Assembly: GCF_009834535.1 (NCBI RefSeq)
Contig: NC_045696.1
Span: 78,060,001-78,124,000, forward strand
Source: Camelus ferus
Taxonomy: Eukaryota
Direction of reading: 5' to 3'
Length of the DNA stretch: 64,000 nt
The notes under the pieces are model-generated. The model saw nothing but the letters and a program-made list of their open reading frames with translations, had not been told where the DNA came from and searched no databases. How positions within the stretch are numbered: the first letter of the stretch is position 1; each line of letters opens with the position of its first letter. The translations under genes were made by a program, and so were the position numbers. Below, one piece after another: positions 26,065 through 39,017 of the stretch.

Positions 26065-26489
26065 CACTTTGTTTCCCACTGCCCTTTTAGAACATCTGGA
26101 AAGGATTATTCTTCCCAAAGGAAGAATACCAAAAGGAAGATTTCTTCTGATTATTGGTAATAAAATGTCCGGTAAACAACCTGAATCATTTGTCTTAAAT
26201 AATTAAAATGGCTAGTCTTATACTATGATCAAAACTGTACCCTTGATTGAAACTTCCATGTGCTTGACCCTCTACCAGATTGGGTCTGTTACTGGAAAAG
26301 GAGTATACTCTGTCTTATTTCCCTGCTCATGTACTAATGATAGTCATCTATAAATTGAAGATAATGAGCTATACCTCAATGCTATGGTTATTGTAAAGGT
26401 TAATGTGAAAAACAGATTAAAAATGTTTAGAAAAATATTTATTCCATATTTCTACCAATGTTACTTTTAGAAGTAATAATCACATATCA

Positions 26490-26770
26490 TTAAATTATCT
26501 TCTTCATATTGTAATTATTGCATAGTATCCAACGGTACAAATGTAGCATGATTTTCAATGCCAAATTAGACATACATATCATTTCAAATATTTGTCACAT
26601 TGTTGGTCATCATTGTGTTTATCACCTCTGGGCCCCCTCCCACCCTTTTAGGATATACTGATTGAAATGGAATTACTGGGTCCAAAGGTGATTATTTTAA
26701 GGCCTTTAACACATATTGACAAATTATCCTGAAAAAAATTAGTATCAATGTATCTTATACTTTCAAGACC
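26490..26770 (-). mobile_element. Old L1 (L1ME/MC-like) fragment
   Basis: gcatagtatcca...gaaatggaattactgggtccaaagg...atattgacaaatt, the antisense ORF2 C-terminus signature. Confidence 0.55.
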
Positions 26771-27489
26771 ATCTTAAAATTCTGGCCTGTTACCTACTAC
26801 CAGGCATTGATTTAAGTATAAGGGCATCCTTGGAAGATAATGAAAAACAGGCACTGAATGTTCTCTTGTCTCCTTACAGAGTGTGCCAGCAGATTTCTGG
26901 AAACTTTTCTGGTCCTGGGAATTTGCAAAGCTCATTTAGGTTTGGAAGAGGAAAAATCCAATATATTTTCAGAACTAGAGAGTTCCAGTGACATAACTAC
27001 ACTGACCATTCTTTTTTAATAGAAAAAGAAAATGAAGAATGAGCAGTAGTGACTCTCTATTGTAGTGGCTCATTATGAGATACTTAGATTGAACTGCTTT
27101 AATTATGTAAATGCATCTAGTGGATGAATGTTAATAAACTTCTATTTAAATAAAATAAATCAAAAATCTGCTTTCTCCTTGGCATATCGTATTTTAATTA
27201 AATTTCTGAGCACAGTCAGTAACTGTGAAGTTATGTAGTTGACAAAATCAATCACTAAGGAGTGTTAATCACCTAGATACTAGTCTAACATAAAACAGGT
27301 GGTAATTAGACAACAGAAGTTTCGCAGATGTCATGAGAACAGGACACTGTGGTTCTCATTTTTAGTATTCCAGATAGGTTTTACAAAAGTTTTATCAAGT
27401 TCCCACAAGCTCATAATATCTTAAAGATCTTAATGTAAAATTTTCCATTTTGTAAATCCTATCTTCCTGTGGCACCCTATGTCCTTTTG

Positions 27490-27568
27490 TCTTTCTCTCT
27501 CCTCTTTCTTTCTCTCTCCCTCTCTGTCACACAAACACACACACACACACACTCACTCTCTTTCTCTC
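27490..27568. repeat. (CT)-rich/(CA)9 microsatellite downstream of the 120-nt exon
   Basis: (AC)9 at 27535-27552 flanked by CT-rich tracts. Confidence 0.9.
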
Positions 27569-27645
27569 CGCACTCCCAGATGCATATATAACTGCAAGAC
27601 AACGAAACTATTCACCCACCACCAAATAATAGCCATTGGACCAAC

Positions 27646-27765
27646 CTTATAAAGTAGTGGCAATTTTCCTAATTTCAGAAGTGCAATCTGATTTGTTACA
27701 TTTTTCATTTCTTTAATCCTCTTTAGGTCATCTGCATTTCCATAACTCACATCAATGACTTCGGC
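27646..27765 (-). CDS. NAALADL2: NAALADL2 internal coding exon (120 nt; probably equivalent to human coding exon 4), PA-domain-like region
   Basis: Translates as AEVIDVSYGNADDLKRIKEMKNVTNQIALLKLGKLPLLYK. Acceptor is ttttctctttcAG (AG at 27767-27766) and donor is AAG|GTTGGT (GT at 27645-27644). Phase 0-0, continuing in frame from the 42645-42918 exon as in the recalled human sequence (KGTLKAEVIDVSYG). Confidence 0.96.
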
Positions 27766-28189
27766 CTGAAAGAGAAAACAAAGAAAAATTAAGTCTTGTC
27801 AGAGGAATTATAGCAAATTGTCCATTTAGTGTAACAGAATCATTTATAGTAATTTGAAATGTTCAAAAGAAAACTAATCTCTCTTTTACCCTGTCCCAGT
27901 CATGACCTTTCTATTTCTACCAGGGTACAACAATTTGTCTTTGAGAAGTCACTTGAGAAAAAGGTTTCTAGTCATTTTTCCTTTGCCTTCTCCCTTCCAA
28001 ACAAGTTACAAACCAGTTTTTGCCTCCAGTAGACCACTAAGTTTGGTATGTTCTATATTCATGTTTCTAGAATTTGAATCATTTTACAAAACACTGCAAA
28101 ATTAATTTCCTTACGGTTCAACAACAATCATACCATTCTCAGACTTGAAAGAACTCAAAGATTCTCTATTGTTTTCCCAATGACATACA

Positions 28190-28290
28190 AAGTTGATGAT
28201 GCACAGCTGTTCTGGATGTGCACGTATCCAGTTGTGCATGACGAGCGCCTGAGTTATACAGGACACAACCTGTACACCTGTACCACTCTG
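28190..28290 (-). mobile_element. Possible MER91-like hAT-Tip100 MITE relic
   Basis: gcgcctgagttatacaggacacaacctgtacacctgtaccactctg resembles the recalled MER91 terminus. It contains an internal imperfect palindrome, atgcacagctg...cagttgtgcat. Confidence 0.45.
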
Positions 28291-31200
28291 ACACGCAAGA
28301 CTTCAGAACATGACCCCTAACAACTATTGCTGTCACATTTCCCACTGCCCCACTACAGGCACATTGTATTTTACATCAATATTTTTCATTTTTAAAAGTC
28401 TTCTTTTTAAGTAAAAATTTCATGCATTCCTGTAGATTTTAATGGGAAGCCTCTAAAGTGGTTGCCCCGCCCCACCTCCTTGGAAAGTCCTGCACTGATG
28501 GTTCCATCAAATGCATTCCTATGAGCCAAGATGATTCCTTTCAGCTTTACTTTTTGTAATTTCTATTATAAAAATAATAGCTACTATGCTTTCCAATGAT
28601 ACAATTATAATACAAAATATATTGCTTCAAACTGCACTGAATGTACACAAAGGTGTTGATAAGGAGTTAGTGTTGGCAAAAGTGAAAGAATGGAGATGAA
28701 GAATCCAGACGTCTAACTTCCCACCCGTCTCAGGGCTAATACACTTCAAACAGTTTTACACAAAGAGCCTCCAAAGAAGACTCATTTGAAGAAAGAATTC
28801 TGTTTTTAGAAGAATATGTGAATACCAACAAGAGATCAGCAAATCCAATTATTTGAGGAAAGATATTTCCTTAGCCATGACATTCATCTATGTCTGTAAA
28901 AACTTTACTAATGCACTAAAGCCCATTTCAAATATTACCTATTTGATGAATCTTATCTCCCTGTTACCCAGTTACATGTGACCTTCTCTAATTTGAATCC
29001 CAGAATGATCTATTTCTATCCTTCTTAAGGTCCTTACTGGACCCATCTCTCTATACATATATTTGTCTGTCAGTTTCTATTTCAATTACAGGGTAATTTC
29101 TTCAATAAAGGGCCCATCATATACCCATTCTCACCTATGTGTCCAGCATACACTGTTGGCTTGTCTGTCTCAAATTGAAATGATTCCAGTTTATACAACG
29201 TCTCTCTTAAAATTAGGCTGTACTGTGGAAAGTATTTGACAAGAAAACCTAATTGTTAAAATTATTTCTGTCAGAATAGCTTTTCATCATATTTTTGTTC
29301 CTATTAAAATGTGAGTAAATCAGTGTCATATTAATTTGACTTTTGAGTTTGCTGATACCATTATCATATAAATATGGATCTATGAGTTTAAAGCCTGATT
29401 AAATAAATGATCACATAATATTAATAACCACATAGTAAAAATGAGAAAATTCATATTTTCCACTTCAACTTTCTAAGCTATTTACTAATTGTGATTCACT
29501 GATAGCTTCTTAAAACAGGGCTATTACTCAATGGGTTATATTAATGAACATACTTTTCATATTTAGGAGAAGTTGGGGGAAAATCATACTGGTCTCAGTG
29601 GGTATAGACCATACTATGACTTTTTGTTTGTGTACATACCAGAAAGATATGGCAGTTACAAGAGTAATAATCCTGTAAAAGACATTTACGTTATTGGAAG
29701 ATAGCAACAGCTTGCATCAACAATAGCAATTTCAATTAAAGAGCTCTTCAACTCATCTTCCATAAACAGCACATGTCAATGGTCTTAACACGTAAGAAGG
29801 CTTTTTTTCACAAAGACATTTCACAATACAGGCATCATTATGTCAATTTATTTTGGCTTATGCACTATCAGGCTATGCATTAAAAGTCAATAATTACAGA
29901 AGTCTCAATGTTCTGACAGTTTGACAGGTGATAATAAAAATTACTTATTGCCTTCAAAGAATGCTTCTGAACCAGATCCTTTCTGAAAATTTTTACCTAT
30001 TTACCTTCAAGCAAACTGAAAATCACACTTGTAAGAAAGCACATTGAATTTTCCTGAGACACAAATCAATAAACCAAGATATGATAAAATGTCAAGTCAT
30101 TTCTTTCCAATCATCCTTGTTGCTACAACAACCTTCTTCTTAAGGCATGGATTTTGTCACACTAGAAAACTGTCCACTTAGCCAGTTGGGGTACTAATTT
30201 TAATTTATGTCCAAATACCAAGGATTAAGCCACATCTGAGTAGTCTTTGGGAAATGTCAAGTGAACAGGAACCTAGGTGCCTGATGAACTAGTCACTCTA
30301 TGTGCACCAGGTTGTCTGACACGTAGAGGACTTCCTGACACACAGGAAAGAGTAAATGAGAGGTGCAGAATGAAATGGAACTAGCTCTGCTTTGCTTAAT
30401 TTTTCTTTATCAGAGAGAAATACAAAAAAGTCTACACATTACTTTTTTATTTAAATTCCATACATTAATTTTTGAACAGAGAACTTAATACCATCAACAA
30501 ATGATACCGAAAATCAAATATTTCATACATTGTTACAAAAAAAAGCATTGGGATGACAACAGAGTAGTGGGCCACATAGAAACAGTTAAAATGAAGTTGG
30601 CACATGTTAAAAACAAACATTAAACAATAAAATGCAATTGTCTTCTATCTGTGGTAAAATATGTGATTAGAAGGTATTATAAACCAAATAATTAGCAATG
30701 ACTAAAAATAAGCACTTTAAAAAGTGACATGCTATAATATCAGGGGTTCTATACAAAGATGGAGACCCTATCTTGAGCAGAAGCAATGGAAGAGAAAAAC
30801 CACGAAAAATAAATAGAATTGTTATTTTCTGTAGTTACCTAAACAAAATGAACAGAATAATCACAGAAAGTAACTAGGTCAGAGAAATGTCTCTAGGGCC
30901 ATCCACCTGTTAATGTCTGGGCTCCACATTGAGGAACAATCCAGTGCCGTGTTTTTCTTCTACCTGAGGCAGCAAAAAATTATTCATGCTTATGAAATCA
31001 TGTATGCTTTGAAATTACTCAGACTTGACATTTTCAACCAAATCAATCACTCTGAATCCTCCTAGTTCTTCTCTAAGACAGATTCTGAATGTACAGAATA
31101 TTTGAAAAGCCTGCTTTGAGTAAAACAGTCATTTTCTACTCAAAAATCAGTAATGGTAAACCCAAGCAGTTCTCACACTGACAAAATGCAGGGTTATCAA

Positions 31201-33984
31201 AAGTACTATTCATCTAAATACAAGTTTTACTTTAGAAATTTACTATTATCTTATATAATCTAGCTTTTGAATATTCTTCAAATTGAAGTGTTTATGTTTA
31301 TTAAAAACTTGTGAAATCAGAATCATCTCCCATGTTTACCATTATCATTACTTAAAAAAATTAGTATATTAGCATTGGTGAAGAGTTCAGAACACAAAGA
31401 TTGTTAGAATTGTATTAGTACTTCTTTTTCAAGTTCACTCAAGGGCATTCCATTATAATGAATACCATGATGTATTAAAGCATGAAAGCCAAAGCTGCTT
31501 CCTCCCTTCCCTGTGACAGACATCACTAATCAATCAACAGTTTCAAACTCCTGAAAATAGTATTCTAGCTAATGACGACTAGTTAGATGGGGTTGACATA
31601 AGTAGGCAGCTATATAAAATATTAAATATTTTAATGTTAAATTTCTACTAATAATTTAAATAGCTAATATTGAGTTATTTAAAGTATTTAAAAAATAGAA
31701 CAGCACAAGAATTAATCAGTTAAAATGAACTCCCAACCAATCAGAAGGGATGCCAGCGAGGGTGCTAAACTGCTCTGTCCCAACTGAATTCAGCATTAAG
31801 CATGAGACACACCATTCATTCTGCTGTCTTTAGTGGAAAAGGTCAGATAAAGGGATGGTTTGTTAATTTTATCAGTTTTTTTTTTTTTTTTTTACTGTAG
31901 TATACACACATGCTGAAAAAAAATTTGCTACAATAACATACAAAATGCTTAATGGCATAGTGAACTTTTTTATCTTATTCTTTTTTTTTTTTTTTTACAG
32001 TGACCACGTTTTGATAGCAGAAATAACAAAGATAAGCCAGGGTAGTCACTTGTCTTGGCATACGGTAATTATTTTTTAACAAATTTGCAAAATGTCTTCA
32101 TAACCTAACACATAATGCACATCCATTAAAAGGAGAGAAAATTAAGTTAAAAACTATGTAACATAGAAATTTAACCAAAGTGAAGCAAAGTTCTGTCAAG
32201 ATTACATTTCCATATTTTAAGTCAATAGTCTCCGAAGTCAATAGACAAAACAATGTAAATTTGGGGTATGAATGCATACTAGATTAAGAAAACAGATTGT
32301 TTGGAGGAAAAAAATCTTTAAGTTTTCCCAAATTTAAGAAATAATCCCTTAGAGAATATTTAGATACTCATTTGTATTATTTGGCCAACATTCAAAAAAT
32401 AACATAGTAAGTGAGAGTATGTTTTTTAGCCATCTTTATTAAAATATATCCTTTAAAAAGAGAATATAAAAATATACACAGAGAGTAAGAGAAAAACCAG
32501 GAGAAAACAGAATTATCAAAGTCCAAGGAAGAGAGTAATAAACAGATTTTTTTTTAATTTTCCAACAATACATGCCAGGTTATACTGTAGTTTCCAAAGG
32601 TACGGAGGGAAAAATTTTACAAAGGTTGCCTTCATACCATGCTTACTTTCTCTTGCTGAGAGGTTGACAATAAAAATTAAAGACATTAACAGTTCTGAAG
32701 ACTTTTCGTTATGATACGCCCTAAGGATAATAAAGAAGTAACATCATAGAGCGTGGTGAGAAATTATTGTAATAAGGAAGTCAGGGAAGGCATTGCTAAG
32801 GTCATATGCAAATAATCAGAAGCGTCACTCCAGTCTGGATCTTTTAGGCAGTTAAGCACAAACTCCTTGAGAGAATAAGAACCTATATCAAATAATCAAA
32901 GATGTCGAATGTGTTAAGTACTAAGACAGGATGACCAAATTGTGAAACAGGAAGTTACTGATTTTCTTATAGGGATGGGCATTAGATGGGATAAACTTTC
33001 AGGAAATTTATCAGTAAAGGAAGGAGCAACATTAAATGGTAGAGCAACATTTACGTTACACTCAACATTTAGGAGCAATATTTAGTTGGTAGATGTTTAA
33101 CTGAAGGCTGTGGTAATATGTTGGTTAATTTGTTAGCTTTACCAAAAAAGGGAATCAAGAATGCTTACAGACTACAAGGAAGCTTGGCCATATTTGGGTG
33201 ATAAACCTAGAAACAAAAGAAATATAAAGAAACTGGTTCTAGATTATTTTTTCTCAACGTGAGAATGAATGAATTAGTGTAAATGATTCACCCTACTCCA
33301 TTTATATTTCCATGACTATCAGCAATAATTGATGAGAGTTTCAGCAACTTAATCATTTTTCCCATGTTTGACCTATTTACCCTGTTTCCCTAAAGTAAAC
33401 TAAGAATAAGATACTTTAAAAAAAAAAAATCAGTAACAGCAGCAGCACAGGTTAATTGCTTCAGAGAGAAGCACCCTAGAATGACTTCATCATCCCTCCT
33501 GGGGTGAGTGCAGAAGGCAACGTGGAAACAGGTTGCTGCGTTGAAAGTCCAGGCAGGGAGCTGGTAGGTAGTCCCAGTCGTTTGAGGATGAGGATGGAAG
33601 ATCAGGTATTTTGCAAAATGCACCAAGAGCCAGCAGTATCCCAGGGAGGCCCACATCTCACAGATAACTTGAGGGAATTCTTGAAAAAACGTACCTCTTG
33701 ACCTTCCAGTAGCTCCTCTGGAAGGTAAAGTCCATTTGACCATGAATCTTGCCCTTTCAGATGGAAACTCCCTAACCCTTACAACAGTATTATTGACTTT
33801 TGAGCAGCATCTGTGGATGGAAAGTGCTAGGGGTTGGAGAGGAATTTGAGTGCATTCTCATTCTCTACCCAAAAGCACTGTTCTTGGCTCTGTCCACCTC
33901 ACCCTAATATTGTGGCCATGCTGCAACTGGCAAACCAGTCTCTTGCTGGGTGGTGGGAAGTTGTATGCTAGTAAAACTGACCTC

Positions 33985-34075
33985 TGGGGAAGGAAGGGAA
34001 GGAAAGTGAGGGGGAGGGAAGGGGAGACAATGGGAGGGGAGGGGAGGAAAGAAGGAAGAGGGAGGGTGGGAAAAA
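33985..34075. repeat. Polypurine (GA-rich) low-complexity tract
   Basis: ggggaaggaagggaaggaaagtgagggggagggaaggggag...ggaggggaggggaggaaagaaggaagagggagggtggg. Confidence 0.85.
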
Positions 34076-36634
34076 CCCAGATGTTTTTGAATTTCAAATA
34101 ACCATTTGAAAATTTCTGTGATTTAAATATCAGAATAGAATTAGGAGAGAATCACAGAATCAACTTTCACTAGCAGGAACAAGCTGGCTTGAGCCAGTCC
34201 AGCACACCACTGGGACACCTGTGCCTGGCATTTTAAAGTGATAAGACAATGCTCTACTTAAGGTTTTGCTAGGTAGTTGAAAACAAAAACAGATACACAT
34301 TAGAGATGTGGCTTGAGGCTGGTGCCTAGACCTTGGCAATGTGGAAAGAGTCCAGAAGTAGATCAAGGCAAGAGGTGGGTAATGGCCAGAGAGAGGTGGG
34401 GGCAAGAGGAGGTTCACAGGAACTTCTTGTTGGAAATTGGAATATAAGACCTTTGGGAGAAAGTGTGTGCCTGTGTGTGTGCGTGGGTGAGTGTGTACAC
34501 GCATGCAGGTATGTACTGCGAGAAGGATTAAACTGGACAGGGCTGTTATGACATGATATAAAGAAAAAGAAAACTTAACCATTTATATTTTCTGTGGTAG
34601 TCATTTTACCATGGAGAGTGTATCAGTGGTTTTCAGTCAATCTTCTGAACATTCATACTTGGTAAATATTTCTGCCTACTGTACACATGAGGAAACTGAG
34701 TTTAGAATACTTAAGTAACTTGCCAGTGTCCATAGCAGTACGGAGCCATGGAGCTTTGTAACTGCTAAGCTGTCAGTTTCCCCTATTAGACTGTCAGCTG
34801 CACATGGGCACTGTCCAAAGCTTTCTATGTATCCATTTACTTCTGTGATTGGCATATAAAAGGCACTCAGGATGTATTTGCTGCGTGTTCCTTGTTACGT
34901 TAGTGGGAGCCAGCGGGCTAAATTCTATATTAGTCAATGTTTCAGGATTAAATTAAAATATAAGGAAAAACAGATGAATAATCAAAGGGTACTTTATTTA
35001 ATAAATGATACTCAACTTATTAAGGTAAGAGTATTGAAGGAGTTGCAAATTTATTCAAGAGAATTCTTCCTGGAGGCCATGAAAGTAATAAAATGGAATT
35101 CTGCTTCTTCTACAATCAGTTCTACTAGTGCACTGAAATAGTATGTAAGCCCAACTTTTGCACAGATCTCTGTAGTTCTGAAAAGACTGAATTTTCAGCA
35201 TTCACTGAAATGGGGTAAATCTTATTTGTAAACGGAATACTGGCATTTTATGGAAATTAAGCTATAAATTAAATCTTTTAAGAAAGCAATAATATCACAA
35301 ATTTATAAATGATATGCTTGAAATTGTATTAAAAATAAAAATTATGACCTAGAACTTTCTGTCAAATAACAATTATGGTGATTCAGAATCTTTAGAAATA
35401 ACTTTAATCAAATTAGAAATCTGTGCTTTCTCACTAAAAATGCCGTATTTGTTCTCAATGAAGAGGGAGGAAAACAGGCCACTGCACTTTAGTCATTTAG
35501 GTGAATTCAGCTCCCTTTGTTTCAAAATTTTTATTTCATAAAATAAGCTTTTGTTCTTTTTTCCAGGAGAAGATATAACTTAACAGATATTTAACTATAG
35601 ACAATATGTTGTGATATATCATTTCTTTCTTTGTAAATGATTGTGTCTAAATTTTAAACACAGGAAAAAATATGTACCTTAAATACATGAAAACTAATTT
35701 CATGGTTATTATTCTCAAAGAAAGCAGTCAATTACGAATTTGTTTTGTGAACTCAGTCAGTTGCACAGAACTCATGAAATCAGAAATAGGTCAAGTTAAG
35801 CCAAGGGATTTTATGTAGATTGTTTTTAAATGAACAACTTTCATATACTTACTTTCAAAGCCATTCATCTCCCATTTGTGCACTGTTGACCAAAAAATGG
35901 ATTCCACAGGAGAAAAAGGAGACCAATAAAATGTAACGTCATTTTCAACACTGCAAACCTGCTCCAAGCTCCCATTTCTGTGTGTAAGACAGTAGCCTCT
36001 TCTTCACACCCAGACCATAACACAGTTTTTCTACTCCTTCGGCTTTCTGATACTTTTATCTCTAAAAAGGAGCATTCAGAATCAAATGCATACAGCTCTG
36101 CCTTTTGCTGTAACACTGATAAGTTTGAGAATATTAAAAATAAAAGAGAAAGACAAAGTTGTCGTAGCCATGAGAAAATAGACATCTGACTATAAGTTAT
36201 CCAAGGATTCCATGCAGCAGTTATATTTTTTCTTTTTAAGACTTCTTGACAAAATATTCAATGTAGTATTCAAATTTCATGCGTTAAAACTATGTCGTGA
36301 TATTTTACAAAGCAAAGATAAGCAATGCTCTTCAGGCCCAAACTTGACGTGGTTTGTTATTCTGCATTCAAAATAAAGTATCTCATTTATTTGAGCTTTC
36401 AGTTTTAAATGAAAAAATATGGTCAGGGAATTTATTTTATCATATTCATACATAAGGCATTTTTCTCCATGATGATTAATATTTGTCATGTTAAACAGAA
36501 GATAGGACGATTATATTCAGATAATATGGTAAAAATCTGTACTTCCAAATTTTATGATATACAGTTCTGGTATTTTCTTCATATCTCCCATTATACCTAA
36601 GTATAAATGTGTCTACTTTATATCATACTATGAC

Positions 36635-36830
36635 AATAATAGCTAACATTTATTGAATGCTTTCTTAACTGCCAGTCACTTTATATGGTTTATATCATTT
36701 CTTCTCCAGAACAACCACCTGAGGTACTATTATTATTCTCCTTATACAAATGAGGACATTGAGGCTTAAAGAACTGAAGTTACCAACCCCTCCAGGTGTT
36801 TAACTAGTAAGGAAGGTTGATAGTCTGGGC
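36635..36830 (-). mobile_element. MIR SINE
   Basis: aataatagctaacatttattgaatgct...aacaaccacctgaggtactattattattctccttatacaaatgaggacattgaggctta, the antisense MIR core. Confidence 0.8.
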
Positions 36831-38309
36831 TCTGGAAGTATGCTTTCTGAGGAATGGGGAAGTGAGTGATAAGGGTGTTGCTAACAGTGTTTCATATCCA
36901 TTAAGGAGTTGCTGAAAAATGTTTCTTCATAAAACTGCATTATTTAGCTTGTCTTTCAGACACAAAATAATGCTTAACAGAAAACTCTAAAATTTATCAA
37001 CTGTATTGAAATAAAGACAAATCCCCTTTTCACAAAAAAAATGGCAGACCCAATCTGACCACCTATATTAAATATGAATTGTTCCCTTTCCTTTTCTGTA
37101 TCTGCAGGGGTTTCACAAAGGACAAAAGAAATTATTGCACTGGAATTACATAAAGTCATATATTCTATTTATAAAACTGACTAGACATTGGCAGCACTCT
37201 TTCTCAATGTCTTTAACATTATGATGATATTATAGTTGATATTTACCTTTTAATAAAAATATAAATCTCTATTTGTTCCCTGAAGCTAACCTCACTCATG
37301 CTAAATTATTTATGTATCCATTTTAATATGTATTTTGCATCTGACAGAACAACTCTCCTTAGGACCATTTTACTGACCCACCTGTCATTATGATAGGGTA
37401 AACAATGTCACCTTTCCAGTGCACAGTGAATTACAAAGAAGATGCAAAGTACACCATCCATCATGCTGGCACTAAGTAGGTTTTCAGAGTAGATCTCAGA
37501 TATCACAAATGCTGTTTAGACTGTTACCAGAAAGCAAAAATTGGAAGTATATACAAAACGGCCCTATGATGGATAGGACAGCTCTTCAAAGAAAAGGGAC
37601 ACGCCTCTTCCACAAATGACCCTGTCAAAAGCAGAAGCAGTGGGGAGCTTTGCTGGCAGGCAGACTAGAATAATTTAAGAACTTGTTAATGGCTCTGCCT
37701 GGGAGAAATTCATGCAGACACAATGTACTCAAAATCAAAAAGTAGGTAGGCCTGAATCATCAGCAGCAACCTCTCAAGTTTGATTTGAATTAGGAAATAG
37801 TCTGAAGAGACAGAATAACCACAAATGTCCTCTTAATTAGAATATATGAGTTTCAGTAATAAATCTGTCTAAAACATGTATATAAAATATATGCAATATT
37901 CTATGTGCGTATAGTCACCTAGAAATTGCTTTGCTTTTGAAAATAAGACTAATATAGTAAAGATTTTAAAAAATCAGTGAGTTATTATATCCTTTGTTGA
38001 CATAAATATTTAAATTAGTATGTACTGAGTGTAATATATCTGAATTATTAATATAATTCTAAAAATACTTATTGCCAGTGTCTTCATCTAATTTGCATGG
38101 TTAATTTCTTAAATTATGTTCTTCAAATACAAGGTGTTTGCTTTATCCATGATTGCATTGTAGTTCTTTTCACACTACTCCCTTTTATCTAGGCCTAATA
38201 TTTCAAACATGGAGCACACTTCTATATCTATAGCTGACTTTATTTCTCCCTTTTAACAGCTATTTTATTTTAAATCTTTTTCAACACTTCTTTATTAAAA
38301 ATGGTAGTG

Positions 38310-38743
38310 TTTTATTGAAGTATAGTTGATTTATAATATATTAGCTTCAGGTATATAACACAGTGATTTAATACTTTTTATAGATTATACTCCATTTAAA
38401 GTTATTATAAAATACTGGCTATATTCCCTGTGCTGTACAATAGATCCCTGAGGCTTATTTATTTTATACATAGTAATTTGTACCTCCGAATCCCCTGTCT
38501 TGGCCTTCTCCCCCATCCTCTCCTCACTGGTGATTGCTAGTTGTTTTCTGTATTTGTAAGTCTATTTCTATTTTGTTATATTCATTCATTTGTTGTATTT
38601 TTTAGATTCCACCTATAAGTGATATATCAGAATATTTTTCTTCTCAGTCTGATTTATTTCACAAGGCAGAATACCCTCTAGGTCTATCCATGATGTTGCA
38701 AATGGCAAACTTACATTCTTTTTTATGGCTGAATAATATTCTT

Positions 38744-38824
<81 letters not shown>

Positions 38825-39017
38825 AGGGAGAGGGAGAGGGAGAGGGAAATAATGCTACTATGAACACTGGGGTGAGTGTACCTTTTTGAATTATGTACCC
38901 AGGAGTGGAAATGTGAGATCATATGGTTCTATTTTTGGTTTTTTGAGGAACCTCCACACTGTTTTCCATAGTGGCTGCACAAATTTACAATCCCACCAAG
39001 AGTGTACTAGGGTTCCA
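38310..39017 (-). mobile_element. LINE-1 3' end containing a (GT)n(GA)n(GAGAGG)n microsatellite
   Basis: Antisense 3' UTR tttattgaagtatagttgattta.... The minus ORF 38613-38867 contains EYYSAIKKN...PFATSWIDLEGI (ORF2 C-terminus). Confidence 0.92.
38743..38846. repeat. Compound microsatellite (TG)n(AG)n(GGAGAG)n
   Basis: Directly visible in the sequence. Confidence 0.97.

Noticed and set aside
27553..27645. ORF extension VGPMAIIWWWVNS... after the 120-nt exon
   Set aside because: It is read-through past the GT donor into the intron, and NAALADL2 similarity stops at LLYK.
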